Origin: Eledone cirrhosa
Lineage: Eukaryota
DNA length: 64,000 bases
Reading direction: 5' to 3'
Assembly: GCA_964016885.1 (NCBI GenBank)
Contig: OZ024743.1
Span: 363,320,001 to 363,384,000 of the forward strand
Below are positions 13,091 to 26,605 of the stretch, piece after piece (positions within the stretch are counted from its first letter, which is position 1; the number at the start of each line of letters is the position of its first letter). The notes beneath the pieces were generated by a model, which was given only the letters and a program-made list of their open reading frames with translations, did no database searches and was not told where the DNA came from. Both the position numbers and the translations under genes were made by a program.

Positions 13091-13970
13091 TCCATTTTTA
13101 TCCCATTACCGACCCCTTCCCTGATGACACCAGCAGTAAGGTGACAGCAGGTCATCAGTAGGACGGCAGTATGACGGCAGTGGGACGGCAGAAAGCAAGC
13201 TACTCTAGGCTAACGTTTGCAGCCAACTGCAACTGTCAGCTCTTTGTGTGACAGAACTACCACCGCTTTCTTAAACTACACAATCACAATAGTAAACATC
13301 ATCAACCATACCATTTTCTGCCTCAATTCTAACCCTTCCTTTCTATTCCCAGTTCCGGCTCACCTTATAATGAAGCAATGGCAAGAAGCATTCTGTGTGG
13401 AATGCTGGTAAATATATATAGGTATATACAAAATTTAGTACAGCATAATCGAAGCTCTGGTTGCAGCCAAGCTAACGTATGCAAGCGAGGTGTGCAGCTA
13501 AGCACTCAATAAGGTATATTACCTTAGAGTTATAACAGTACGTTTAGATAACTTTGCAAATTGAAGACAGCGACCGATAGGCGAGCCGCAGTGACCAAAG
13601 CGACGAACAAAACTGAACTCGGGAAAATATGACAAACCTGGAACGTCGCGTTGGTACCATACAACATATAACACATAATATATCACATATAATATATAAT
13701 ATATAATATCTCTGCTAGGTTTCTGTAAATCCGAAATCGACAAAATCCACTTGCAGGGGCCTGCAAGTTATTGGTTCTGGAAGATAGAACAGTGGAGTTT
13801 ACTTCAACAAGTTTCCGTTCTAGTCCGCCCGGTTGTGATTATAGCAGTGAACACGGCTAGAAGGCACATGGTTTTCCCGAAGGGAGGTAACCTCAGTTTT
13901 GGCGGTCAAATTCAAAATTTTAACAAAGGAATAAATTCCTTTACACAAACCGAATAAAGCACTCAACTAT

Positions 13971-14040
<70 letters not shown>

Positions 14041-14051
14041 ATTATTACTAT

Positions 14052-14094
<43 letters not shown>

Positions 14095-14250
14095 ATAATA
14101 GGTATATATATAGTAATAATAAATGTGAAGACTAAAATCCGAAGAGGGCTCGATAAGGATTATATATATATATATATATCACCCTTAACGGGATCCCGTT
14201 AAGGGTGAAAGCAGCGATTCTTTGCTTGAACTTTAATCTTTTCTTATAAT

Positions 14251-14343
<93 letters not shown>

Positions 14344-14454
14344 TGTTAGCGTTGTATATATTCTCAGCAGAGTCACGTCCACCTGTAGATAAAGAGATGT
14401 GGCTTGTGGCCCCTGGCCACCTCTCCAGGCCTTGCACTGTCGACAATAGCCGAA

Positions 14455-14620
14455 GGCATGGTTAACTGGTTAAGATTCACTTCACAACCACGAGGCTCCA
14501 GATTCCATCCTATTGCTTGGTACTTTGAGCAAGTATCTTTTACCATACCCTCGTCTCGACCAAAGCCATGTGAATGAAATTGATGGCAAATATGTGGAGG
14601 CCTGTCGGACAAATTGTGTC
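14455..14620 (+). mobile_element. Old tRNA-derived SINE (family S2), degenerate
   Basis: ggcatggttaactggttaag...ccagattccatcc...tttgagcaagt, a tRNA-like head. Confidence 0.45.
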
Positions 14621-14704
14621 AGTAAAATTTGTTTCAGTTTGAGAAATATATTAAGGAACACGTACTTGTGGAATATTCAGCCAATCCCACAACCATTAAT
14701 GTGA

Positions 14705-14990
14705 CCTGCTTATCACACCAAGTCTTACATTCTCTGCAAAAAGACCCATCTGAACCAGTAGTCTGAGCTGGTTACCTCACCAAGTCTTACATACTCTGCA
14801 GAACATTCACATCAACCACTAGTGTGACCGGATAATCACACCAAGTCTTGCATTCTTTACCCATATCAACCACCAGTATGACCTACTTACCACACCAAGT
14901 TTTACATTCTCTACAGAAAGGCTCAGGTGCAGTGGTAGATGTATTGGAACCAATGGTATCACACAATACTTTGCATTCTCATTAGTAAGA
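14705..14990. repeat. Degenerate tandem repeat, unit about 55-65 bp
   Basis: Five recurrences of cacaccaagtcttacattctct. Confidence 0.7.
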
Positions 14991-16363
14991 CATAGATCCA
15001 TCAGAGGCCTAACCGTGGGAGGGGTCGGTCTACCCTACTGCATAGAAGAAAAGGTTTTCTGTCAAAAAAATAAAAGGTTACATTACGCCTGATACAACTT
15101 TATTTTTCCACGAAAACACTGCTTATTTGTCAGGTGGGGTGTGGCGACAAATTCTACGACTGCCTCTAATGGCATAAAATTTAGCTACACTACTGTCTTC
15201 AGATCTTACATTGAACAACACACATTTACCAGTGGTTGGAAATAGTAAAGCTAGTCTTTCTTTCGCCATCTCATTTACGCTTATTTACGCTCATCTCAAT
15301 TACGGCTTCCTTTCCATCTCATGAAGCAGGAGAGAAAAGTAAAAGTGCAGAATCCTTGGAGACTAGTGATCATCTACAATAGTTACTTTAGTAAAGTTTA
15401 CAAAATTGAATCAGTTGATGTGTTGTGAGCCGAAGAGAATCCATTTTAAACTAACTCTATTCGGCGAACGTTTCGGATGAAATTGACATTCAAATTAAAT
15501 TTTCAATTTTTGCGATACAGTTTTGAATTTCAAATTGATAAAACTGAAGTACACTTATAAAAAAAACAAAAAAAAAACATCGAATAATAATAAAATACTT
15601 GGCAATATTTGAACTCAAGGTCGTAATTGTTCATTTTTTATTTTGTAATTATGCACGTCAAGAGTGAAAATTTTAAATGATTACTTTTAGTAAAACAAAT
15701 CTATGGTATATAGGCCAGACCAAGGAGAAGGTAGATGTGCAAGTTGGCAAGGACTCACAATTCTTGAGTGGTGGGGAGGGGAAACTGACCTCACATTTCA
15801 CTTTTTTTTTTAATTGTGTTCGGTTATTTGTAAATGCACCATGTATTGTATAAGGAGTAGTTTATAATGGGGTCTACATTTTTTCATCTGGCTGTGCTTA
15901 TTACCAGCTTTAGGAAGCTTCATGTCACATCTGTCCTGCACGTATTACCAGATTTGGGGAACCAACTTTTTACATCTGCTCTACACCTGTTACCCAATTT
16001 TTGGGCCTAAATTTTATATAGGACCTGGGCCTATTACCAGCTTTGAACGAAGCTGATGGTTTATCATATGTTTCATTGTATTTAAATATGTTTGAAAATA
16101 GTTTAGCACATCTTCCCTAATTTGAATTTGAAGGGGCACCATTTGGTTACAAACAATTGTAACCAACGAGCTAAGGACACTCACAGATAATGATTTCCAG
16201 TACTGCTGCGATCAATGGATAAAACTTTGAAATCACAGTCGGACTTCGCGAGAGTCGTATTTCGAAGGTGATAACTTGTAATTTCATGTACGTCTAATAT
16301 ACATTTAAATATAACATCAGTACTCCTCACCTTCGGGACAAACCTCGTATTATACATACATAT

Positions 16364-18660
16364 TAAGGTGTTTCATATTTAAAGGGAAATGTTTTTAGTT
16401 GAAATCCCACATTGCTCCCTGAATCCATTTTACATAAAAACTATACAGCCAAAAATACAAGGAGATACGGATATATTTAGGGGTTGCACAGTTTGGTACT
16501 TTTTGAATCCTATGCCTAAAAAAATGAAAGAAATTACTTGACCACTCGTTGATTGTAGCCAGGCTGCATATTTTGTCCATTTTCTCCTGTGTACATGGAG
16601 GAGACGTTTTTACCGTTTATAGTACCCCAAATGAAAAGAAATTAACCATAAAGTTAAACTAAATATGTAGAGATAATTTTACATCGGTGATTTGTTTTCA
16701 TTGTTCGTACAAAGAAGTATTTGGTATGTTGATGAGGTGAGCTTTTTGATATTTGTTTTGATAAGGTTCATTGCATTGTTAGTTCAGTGCTAGTTTTGTT
16801 AGCTAGTTTTGTAAACATTGGTTTTCGTCAAGTCCCATCCGCTATTATAAAGTAATGAAATAATTTTCTTGTCTTTTGCCTTTCATTACATGAATGGGTT
16901 CCAGAAATGTAAAAAGTCAAAGGCTCATTAAAATAAAATTCATTGATTGATTTTGGTATATATCTTTCATGGTGAATAAGAAAATGGAAACCGGAAAGGC
17001 CATTTAGCAGCTTAAAAAGAAGCCCGTGGAGGAGTTACTTCAGACTCGACTCCGCTCCAAACAACAAGTGCTCTTGTATTTTCTCTACCATCACGTTGTG
17101 CCCAGGAAGACACTAACCGGAAGATTCAGAAAATGTGGAGAAAAGCAAATATAACTACCAAAACAGAAAAAAATGTCTGAAGACAAAGCTGAAGACAAAG
17201 CTTTCCTTGAGACACAGCAGACAGATGAGTGCCTTCATTCATGGCTGGTGTTGATGCAGAACATGTGAGAGCCATTTAGAAGAAGGGAAAGAAGATTCAT
17301 GAAATGAAAATAAGAAAGAGACAGCAGGATGAAGAAGTGAAAAAGTTCGTCATCCAGCTCAGTCAACACCGCCCCGAAAGTCATTGCCAACAAAGCCGAC
17401 TCTCGATGCTGCTCTTGTTGCCACACGGGAACGAGAGAAACTATTGGCATAACAAGCAAGTACTTTTTACATCACAATTGCGGAATGCCATGGTCATGGT
17501 GTGTCTGAACTTTCGATTTCCTCCTCAACTGTTTATCGAGCAAGAACCAGTCACTGTGAAATGATGGCTCAGGAAATCGAGTTATCCGCTTTCCCACCTG
17601 AAAACAGATTCTGGCTAGTCCTTCACTGGGAGTGGAGAATCTTTACTATCGGATTCCCGATCTAGCGCACTCGAAGATCGGATTGTAGTTTTAGTTACAG
17701 GAAAAGGGAAGGAGGAGTTCTTATGTGTTCCTATTGCGAGAGATCAAACCTGACAAATCGCTGAAGTTGTTTTGAAAGAAATTTAACGATTCAAAATTAA
17801 GATAGAATACTTGGTATGTCTTTCGACAGCACCAGCATGTACCAATACAAACATTGAAGCAGCTATGAAAAAATTCCTTTTGTGGCTGGCTTGCCACCAT
17901 TACATACTTGACCTGATTTTAAAGAAAGTCTGAGATTTTATCTCATCATCTGATCTCAGTATATCAATGTTTAAAAAATTCCAAGAAGGTTGGGATTCCA
18001 TCGAAAAGTCTTATTATCAAACTATCCTGGATTATTGTAATGACCTGGTAATGACCCCATAGGAGATTTTTACAAAAGAGAGGAGATGGTTGAATATCTA
18101 CTGACTGTACTGCTTTCTGGAGATCATCCCGGAGAAGTCTAAGCCAAGTTCATAAAGCTCTCCCTTCTCTATCTTGGTGGGTGGCATCTCTCTAGTTCTC
18201 CTTTTTGGTTCCAGGAGCTTACCACCAGGCTCGTTGGATGGCCAAGGCCATATATGTAATCAAGAACGTTCTGTTGAAAGAACAACTTAAGCTTGTACCA
18301 TGTAAGTCAAGAGATCCACAAAAAGTCATTTCTAGTTATAAATTTCATTCATAAAAAGTGTTTCTCGATTTAACCCCAATATTATTGTGTATTTAGAACG
18401 TATTCCTCCTGCTTATTTTCATTTCATTTCGTTCTGTCGTGTGGTTTCCAAATTGGATTTAGTAAAATGAACAGAAAGGACAATGTACTACAGACCAAAT
18501 CCAAAGGAATTGTCGTAAATAAAAAGATGTGAAAGCGTGCAACCTCTAAATATTATTCGATTGACCTATAATTAGACATACATCGTTAATTCCTCAACTC
18601 AAATACAAGTGTAATCGATGTATGATGATAGGCGGATTGTTTAGAAAATGGAACACCCTA
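16364..18660 (+). mobile_element. Decayed hATm-type DNA transposon
   Basis: TIRs taaggtgtttcat / atggaacacccta; 8-bp TSD atacatat/atacacat; broken transposase motifs LHW, WLAC.H, GAYHQARWMAKAIY. Confidence 0.75.
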
Positions 18661-18838
18661 ATACACATCTAACCATTAATTGCATGAATCCCTCTTTGTT
18701 CATATAGTTGTGTAAACTTTGCTTAAACTTTAATCTGTTATTTTATTAAATATATATACACACATATATATATATATACTCTGCTATGTATTGAGTACCT
18801 TACTTACTGTGGTTACCTCCGATTCAACCCGGAATAAC

Positions 18839-18875
<37 letters not shown>

Positions 18876-19003
18876 AAGTTTTATTTAAATTGTTGGGTTA
18901 ACAACGAGTAAATATTTATAACTGATATAAAAGCACTCAACAAGTATTTGGAGTATATTTACGATATTAAATAAATGGAAACTATATTTATAAAACCATA
19001 TTT

Positions 19004-19067
19004 ATTTCATTATATATATTTCAGGGATATCATATTAAAAATATGTTATGCCTTCTTCAGACAAAAT
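19004..19067 (-). ncRNA. Type-I hammerhead motif (mirror copy)
   Basis: Exact reverse complement of 19227-19290. Confidence 0.75.
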
Positions 19068-19226
19068 ACAATATAAACAGTCTTATAAATAGATAGATTC
19101 GACATACCTTTCAACTTCGACTTCTATTTGAAAAGTTGATTTGGTAGTACCAAATCAACTTTTCAAATAGAAGTCGAAGTTGAAAGGTATGTCGAATCTA
19201 TCTATTTATAAGACTGTTTATATTGT

Positions 19227-19290
19227 ATTTTGTCTGAAGAAGGCATAACATATTTTTAATATGATATCCCTGAAATATATATAATGAAAT
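19227..19290 (+). ncRNA. Type-I hammerhead motif, intact core
   Basis: AUUUUGU-CUGAAGA-AGG...CCU-GAAA-UAUAUA-UA-AUGAAAU; 7-bp helix I with two GU pairs; palindromic helix III. Confidence 0.75.
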
Positions 19291-19331
19291 AAATATGGTT
19301 TTATAAATATAGTTTCCATTTATTTAATATC

Positions 19332-19377
<46 letters not shown>

Positions 19378-19386
19378 GTGTGTTTA

Positions 19387-19442
<56 letters not shown>

Positions 19443-19519
19443 GTGTGTTTAATGTATACATATTTATATGTGTATTTTCTTTTAATCGTGCAATGGCCAT
19501 ACTCGATAACGAGGGGGCA

Positions 19520-20900
19520 GCCATCATGTATGGATAAACATCAATGTTAATTGTTACAAGAGTAAAGCAGATGCACTAGAGAGGCGCAATTACAGGAATA
19601 TCGAATTGTTAAATCAAGGTTATGAAAGTTAGAGAAAGGATGATAGCAAAGTTGATTAAGGTTACAATTGATAAGATGTAATATGGTTGTTATGCCTGGA
19701 AGAAGTACTACTGTTTTCAACTACGAAGTGAAACAAATGTGGGAAAAGTATTTAGCTAAGAATAAGTCCCTTACTTAGCATTTCTTGACCTGGAAAAGAA
19801 TTTTGATAGAATCCCACGCTTTGTAATCTGGTGAACACTCAGGTAACTAACGATAGGTGATAGGCTTGTGAGAACTGTATAAGCCACGTATTTGAGTGAA
19901 GTAAGTAAAGTGAGGGTTAGCAATGAGTACGGTGATGAATGTAACGTGTGGGTAAGTGTCCATCCAGGATCAGTTTTCAGACCCCCGTCCTCCTGTTTAT
20001 GATATTCATCCAAGCCATAACAGAAGAATTCAAGACTGAAATTCTAATGGAACACCTGTATGTTGATGATCTAGCCGTCATAGCAGAAACTGTAGAACTA
20101 GTCCAGAAATTCCAGTCATGGAAATAAAATTTTAGTAAATAGGAAGGGGTTCAGATACCATCATCTAAGTAACCCTTCTCAGCATGTCGAACAGAAATAG
20201 GTAGGAACTTCATAATGTGCACCAACTGTAGACAGAAGGATGACAAGTAGGCTGAGAGAAAAGGTAGACTTCAAACGTCAACGATGTACAGGAGTAGCCA
20301 ACAGAAAGGGAAATACTAGGGAAATGCATTACCCCACATGCTCAGATGGCTTACTAGATATAGTAGATAGTGTTTACTATCTAGAGAACCTCATTAACAG
20401 AGGAGGTGGATCCACCGAAATTGCTGTAACCAGTATGAGATGAAGGTGAAATAAATATGGGGCGTTGTTACGTCTACTGGTGACAAAAGGCTTCTCTCTC
20501 ATAAGGAAGCGTACATTATATGATGCTTGAGTTCGAACTGCTATGCTGCATAACAAGGAGACATGGGCACTGAGTGCAGAAAGTCTGCTCGGTGGCTAAA
20601 AGGAGAAGAAGGATACATTCTTTATTGGATGTTTATGTTAGTGTACATGAATGACAGAGCGCGAGTGAGCTGAGAGAAAAAAAAAGAAAAGAGCCTGAAT
20701 AAGGCGTGCGAAAGAGATAATTTGTGCTAGTATGGTTATGTAATGCTTATTGAGAATTGTGTAATGAGTTGCTCTGGATGGGACCTCTGAAACAGAGGGA
20801 TCAACGGAAACGTGTGATGAAGATGTGAAGAATGATCTCAAGAAACTGAAGCGCACGAACAAGATGAAATGGGACTGAGCTGATTGGCGAAAGATTGAAT
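19520..20900 (+). pseudogene. Heavily decayed RTE-clade LINE reverse transcriptase
   Basis: Fragments NYR.I.LL, YLAFLDLEKNFDRIPR..IW, HPGSV, LYVDDLAVIAE; many stops and frameshifts. Confidence 0.7.
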
Positions 20901-21144
20901 AGACCGTCATACCAGTATAAGCACTGCGACTCTGAGAGTAAGGTGGTGGGAGACTGGAAGAAATTTTGCGGGTGATCAAAGAAATAAAATATAGGTTTTG
21001 TATAAAATTTTCAGTCGGGAAAAAATGAGACAACATCAGCAATGCTGGTGCCACGAAAATTTGCTTATGATATTATATTGTCATGCTCATCCACATAGTC
21101 TCAATGAATAGTGCTACCATTCTTAGAATCCCTAGCCACATAAA

Positions 21145-21827
21145 TATCAGTGTAGATAGACAGTTTATCAGAGATATAACTGTCAGTGTAGATAGACAGT
21201 TTATAAGAGATATAACTATCAATGTAGATAGACAGTTTATAAGAGATATAACTGTCAGTGTAGATAGACTGTTTATAAGAGATATACCCATCAGTGCAGA
21301 TAGACAGTTTATCAGAGATATAACTGTCAGTGTAGATAGACAGTTTATAAGAGATATACCCATCAGTGCAGATAGACAGTTTAATCAGAGATATAACTAT
21401 CAGTGTAGATAGACAGTTTATAAGAGATATACCTATCAGTATAGATAGTTTATAAGAGATATAACTATCAGTGTAGATAGACAGTTTATCAAAGATATAA
21501 CTATCAGTGTAGATAGACAGTTTATAAGAGATATACCTATCAGTGTAGATAGACAGTTTATAAGAGATATACCTATTAGTGTAGATAGTTTATAAGAGAT
21601 ATAACTATCAGTGTAGATAGACAGTTTATCAGAGATATAACTATCAGTGTAGATAGACAGTTTATAAGAGATATACCTATCAGTGTAGATAGTTTATAAG
21701 AGATATAACTATCAGTGTAGATAGACAGTTTATAAGAGATATACCTATCAGTGTAGATAGTTTATAAGAGATATACCTATCAGTGTAGATAGACAGTTTA
21801 TCAGAGATATAACTATCAGTGTAGATA
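21145..21827. repeat. 36-bp minisatellite, left part
   Basis: Unit cagtgtagatagacagtttataagagatataactat, with some 32-bp variants; source of the SVDRQFIRDITI pseudo-ORFs. Confidence 0.95.
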
Positions 21828-24513
21828 TATTTCTTTATTAGCCACAAGGGCGTACAAGAAAAGGGGACAAAACAAAGACACATGCCGGGGATTTTACATA
21901 CGATCGTGTAAAAATATGAAACAAACAAATATAACAATCAAAATCCCTAATAGGGGAGAGGCGCCACAAATGGGTTGTTTAATACCCCGTCGATAGAACA
22001 ACACTCAACTGCAGAAGCGTGTTGTGCAAGTGCTCCTTTCTTCCTTTTGCTCTCTTCTTCAGCCTACAGGTTTATAAACAGAGAAGCCTCAATCACTCGG
22101 GCCATTTTTGCTACATTCACCCACCTTTCAGTAAATTTACTGTGGTGCAGTGTCTCTCTCTCCACTCTGATTCTCCTTCTAAAGTGGTATCTAAAGAAGG
22201 GAATGAGTTGTTGTCCGGAGAGAAAGGCATCTGTCCTCAGTCTTCTCTACCTTGTCCACCATGTAACCTCTTTTACCATAGCCACTATACAGAGGAAAAC
22301 CGCCTCTCTTTCGTTTTTGAAGGAGGTTGGCAGTTTGATCCTTACTATGGACTCGGCAGTCAACTGGATTTGTCCCATACGCGATACGCGACAGCAGTTG
22401 TTCTGTGTAGTTCCACAGATCGGTTACGCCTGGGCCGTATACAATTGCGTGCAAGACAGTTTCATTGGCCTGCCCGCATCTTGGACACGTCCTCTTGAAG
22501 GATTCCTGCCGGGGCGTCCGTGCCTGTAGATCTTGTCACGAACTGGTAGAGCTCCTCGGTAGCACTGCCAGGCCAGGGATCTCTGGAAGTTGTCCATATG
22601 TCCCGGGCGGAAAGTCCTACCAAACAGATTGGTGAGTTCGTCGTCTTCGACGCCAGAGTCTCCCCGAGCACGTCGTCGCCCTTGTGACGTACTAACCCTC
22701 TATAGAATGTCGAAGTGGAGTCTCCACTGATTGCCGTGCCCGCTTGACAGAGGACTGTGAGCGCCTGAGCGCATTCAATGTGCCAGGCACCCATCTTCTT
22801 TGGCCTCCGCTTGACCCAGGACTGCAGCTCCGTCAGCGAGACAAGTTGCGGGAAGGCCTGTCTCACAAACGGTGCCCACACCGGTTGGGAGTCGGTGAGA
22901 AATACCTGTACATGCCGAAGCCACAGCGCATCATCAGCCACGGCATTCCCAGCCCTCCGTTAGAATGGTGCTGACAGCAGACGGATTTGCTCACCAGTGG
23001 AGCCTGCTTCTTCCAAAGGAAATGGAAGATCATGCGTTCCATCTTGGTGAGGTGTTCCCGGGGACAAGGCACGATGGTCAAGCGGTAGTAGATGACGGAC
23101 GCTATGAAAGTGTTCGCCACCTCCGCTCGACCTTTTAAGGATAGTTTGTACTCTGTCCACTTCTGGGTGAGCGCAAATACCTTGGCCGTGACCTCGTTCC
23201 AGTTTTTTTCCACTTGGAGGTCCGGACCAAAGCAGACCCCGAGCAATTTCACGGTCTGTCCGTCCAGTGTCCGACGACGCTGTCGGACGGCATCGGTTTG
23301 CCTCTCCACGTTCCGAGTTGCAAACCGACATACTTGTCCGGGTTCAGTTTTGTTCCTGTGAGCCTTTCGTATTCCTGCAGTAAGTTGCCGATCGCCCCGA
23401 TTTCCGAGGTTTCCGACACCATAGAGTCAGTACGTACAGAATGGAGGAGAGAGGGGATCCCTGTCGGATGGAACGCGTGATTGCGAACGGCTCCGACAGG
23501 TAGCCGTTCACCTTGACCATCGAGCAGATGTTGGTGTGCATTGCGGCGATCCAGCCTCTGAAGACGTGTTCGAAACTGGCTGCCTTGAGAACCGCTTCCA
23601 AGTATCGATGGTTGACCCTATCGAACGCCTTAGACTGATCTAAATTGATCAGAGCCCGACCGAAGCCGGGTTTACACCCCACCCTCTCTATTATATATCG
23701 CATGAGGTGGAGGTTACGTGTATGGACCTGGTCGGGATTGCACACGTTTGCGCTTTCCCTACCAGGTTCTCGACGACAAGCGCCAGCCTCGTTGCCAACA
23801 CCTTAGCTAAAATCTTTAACTCTGTGTTGAGCAGAGTTATGGGCCTAAAGTTGCTTAGTTCGTCCCCCTTGTTCTCGTCTTTCCTGATCAGCGTTACTAC
23901 GCCCTTGCCTGCAGAACTGGGAATTCTCCCGTTTTGCTGCCAGTTGCAGTAGACGGCCTCAGGGACGCCAGAGAACAAGTCCGACATGCCTAGGTAAAAC
24001 TCATAGGGTAGACCATCTAGACCGGGTGATTTGCGTTTCCCGCAGCGGCCCAGAGCGTCCCGTATCTCAGTGGCTGTGATCGGTCTTTTGCGGAACTCGG
24101 CGTCCATGCTCGAGAGACGCGGCAGGCCGTCGAGGTATGAACCCGAAGTCCATTGCCCCGTTCGACGCACTGCTACTCTGCTCGAACAGTTGTGCAAAGA
24201 TGCGCTGAAAGGCCGCGCAAATCCGCTTGGGGTCAAGTAGCACGCGTCCGTTTTGGTCTTTCAAAGAACGAATCGTGGACTTGCTGCCACCTTTTGCCTC
24301 TGCCACTCGGGCCCAGCTAACAGCTTTCGCTCCTTCGTTTCCTAGAGCACGTGATTTACTTCTGACCACGCAGCCTTCGTGTTTCGCGTCGAAGAACTGG
24401 TCCAGTGTCGTTCTCGTTGCTAGCTACGGTGCCACTCCTAAGCGCCTCTTCTACCTTGGCTACTAGTTCCGTTTCTGTTTTATTTTTCTCTAAGGCTAAC
24501 TCTCTGCTAAAAT
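21828..24513 (-). mobile_element. 5'-truncated L1/Tx1-type non-LTR retrotransposon (disrupted ORF2)
   Basis: KSPGLDGLPYEFY, NFRPITLLNTELKILAK, LDQSKAFDRVNH, RQGSPLS, LSLKGR, GGLG, C-terminal CPRC..ET.LH knuckle; 3' aataaa; frameshifted; YADD region apparently deleted. Confidence 0.9.
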
Positions 24514-24940
24514 CTATCACTGTAGATAGACAGTTTATCAGAGATATAACTGTTAGTGTAGATAGACAGTTTATAAGAGATATAACTATCAGTGTAGATA
24601 CACATTTTATAAGAGATATAACTATCAGTGTGGATAGACATTTTATAAGAGATATAACTATCAGTGCAGATAGACAGTTTATCAGAGATATAACTATCAG
24701 TGTAGATAGACAGTTTATCAGAGATATAACTATCAGTGTAGATAGACAGTTTATAAGAGATATAACTGTCAGTGTAGATAGACAGTTTATAAGAGATATA
24801 ACTGTCAGTGTAGATTATTTATAAGAGATAGTGTAGATAGACAGTTTACTAGAAACATATGTATCAGTGTAGGTAGACCGTTTGTAAGAAATATAAATAT
24901 CAGTGTAGATATAGTGTAGATAGATAGTTTACAAGAGATT
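24514..24940. repeat. 36-bp minisatellite, right part
   Basis: Same unit as 21145-21827. Confidence 0.93.
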
Positions 24941-25099
24941 TAATTCTGCAGGTGCATTTGCTGTAGCACGTGCCTGCGCATCAATAACGCTAGTATTGAC
25001 GTAGGTGTGTTGTTTATAGATAGGTCTTCTGAGTAGCGTGACTTTTGCCTTCTACAAAAGTTGGATTAGCAGGCGATCCAGCCTGGTTGTGTGTATAAA

Positions 25100-25400
25100 A
25101 ATAATTGTTTCTACTTTTGGCACAAGGCCAGCAATTATCCCAGTGCATTGCTGGTGTTTATTTTATCCACCCTGTAACAATGAAAGGCAAAGTTAACCTC
25201 GGTGGGATTTCAATTCAGAATGTAAAGGGCCATAGCTCTATGTTGTAAATAATTGTTTCTACATTTGTCACAAGGCCAGCAATTATCCCAGTGTATTACT
25301 GGTGCTTTATTTTATCGACCCCGTAAGGATGAAAGGCAAAGTTAACCTCGGACGGATTTGAACTCAGACCGTAAAGGGACGTGATTCTATGTTGTAAATA
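25100..25400 (-). mobile_element. Two head-to-tail, 5'-truncated SINE S1 copies
   Basis: Units about 25100-25248 and 25249-25400, both ending near ctatgttgtaaata. Confidence 0.85.
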
Positions 25401-25814
25401 ATGATAATTTTTTTTGCCACTAATGGTCAATCGTACATACGTGTCGTAATGTATTTCATACACTTGTGTGGATGTATAAACAAAATTTATATAAAATAAA
25501 TTGGGTTGTATAATACGTCTTAAATTATATTAACACTTAATAAACCAGGGGTCTGCAACCCCCGGCCGGTGGGCCACATCTGGCTCTCGAGTGATTTTTG
25601 TCCGGCCCGCCATCTTACACTGGACACTAATTATCGTGATGCCCATCACAAATCGCTGCTCATACCGTATATATTGACAGATACCTTTGTATTACTAATA
25701 ATAATAAATGGAAAATATAAAAAGGTTACAAATTGTAACCTTTTTATATTTTCCATTTATTATTATTTCCTCTTATCCATCTTTTTCTGGGCTTTCCGCC
25801 AAGCATTATATCAC

Positions 25815-25991
25815 GGTGAATTGGCAGTATCGGTAGAGGGTCGGACATGCTTTCCAGCACAGTTACGTCCCTTTACGATCTGAGTTCAAATCCTGCCGAG
25901 GTTAACTTTGCCTTTCATCCTTACGGGGTCGATAAAATAATGTACCAGTAGTGTACTGTGTTATTGCTGCCTTGTGCGTAAAATAGAAACA
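25815..25991 (+). mobile_element. SINE S1 nested in hAT copy 2
   Basis: 10-bp TSD attatatcac (25805-25814, 25992-26001); the empty site is visible in copy 1 at about 1288-1297. Confidence 0.92.
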
Positions 25992-26605
25992 ATTATATCA
26001 CCTGTATTATTATTTCCTGTGATTTCATATATGTGTTTTTGTTCCAGTCAACAAACACAAATGTTGGCTGGAAGTATGCATTTTCATCAGTGACTGGAAG
26101 GTATACTACCTTACGGTACGTATGACTCGCTTTTAAACCCATATTGTCATTCAATAAAATCACTCGTGAATTATTGTCGTCTTCGTTTACCTGACCTTAC
26201 TTGTGCCCTCCGGCACAAGGTAAAGCTGTCCTTGGAAAAATTACTTCGTTCCCTCCTCCCCAGAGTATTTTCATTTGAGTTTGTTATCTGGTGGGTATAA
26301 CAACTATACAGTGTGTATCTTTATTCGATAATAACGTTTATTTAATTATTTGTGATAAATTGTGTGAATTATTATTATTAGAATTAGGCCAAAAGTGGTT
26401 TAAAAAAACAAGTGGCAACCCTCATCTAACAACGTCGTTAGAAACCTGGTTTTATATAATTTATTCACAATTATCATATTTTATCGCATTACTGTATTTG
26501 CATTTACATCTGTTTTCATTGTTTCTTATTTCTTCATTCTAATTATTATACTTTTTGTTCTTTTTCCTTTCCATAAATCTTTTTTGTTTGAACAAAAACA
26601 AGCCC

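Larger units (their letters stand above)
18872..19334. mobile_element. Fold-back pLTR element: perfect inverted repeat with 187-bp arms carrying two hammerheads
   Basis: Palindrome 18960-19334 centred on G19147; unpaired tail 18872-18959; (TA)n on both sides. Confidence 0.8.

Noticed and set aside
13121-13158. CTGATGAC...GTCATCAG as a hammerhead
   Set aside because: A short inverted repeat with no GAAA, helix III or NUH.
21145-24940. 36-bp repeat array as a CRISPR or repeat-protein gene
   Set aside because: No unique spacers, no cas genes, eukaryotic context; it is a plain minisatellite.
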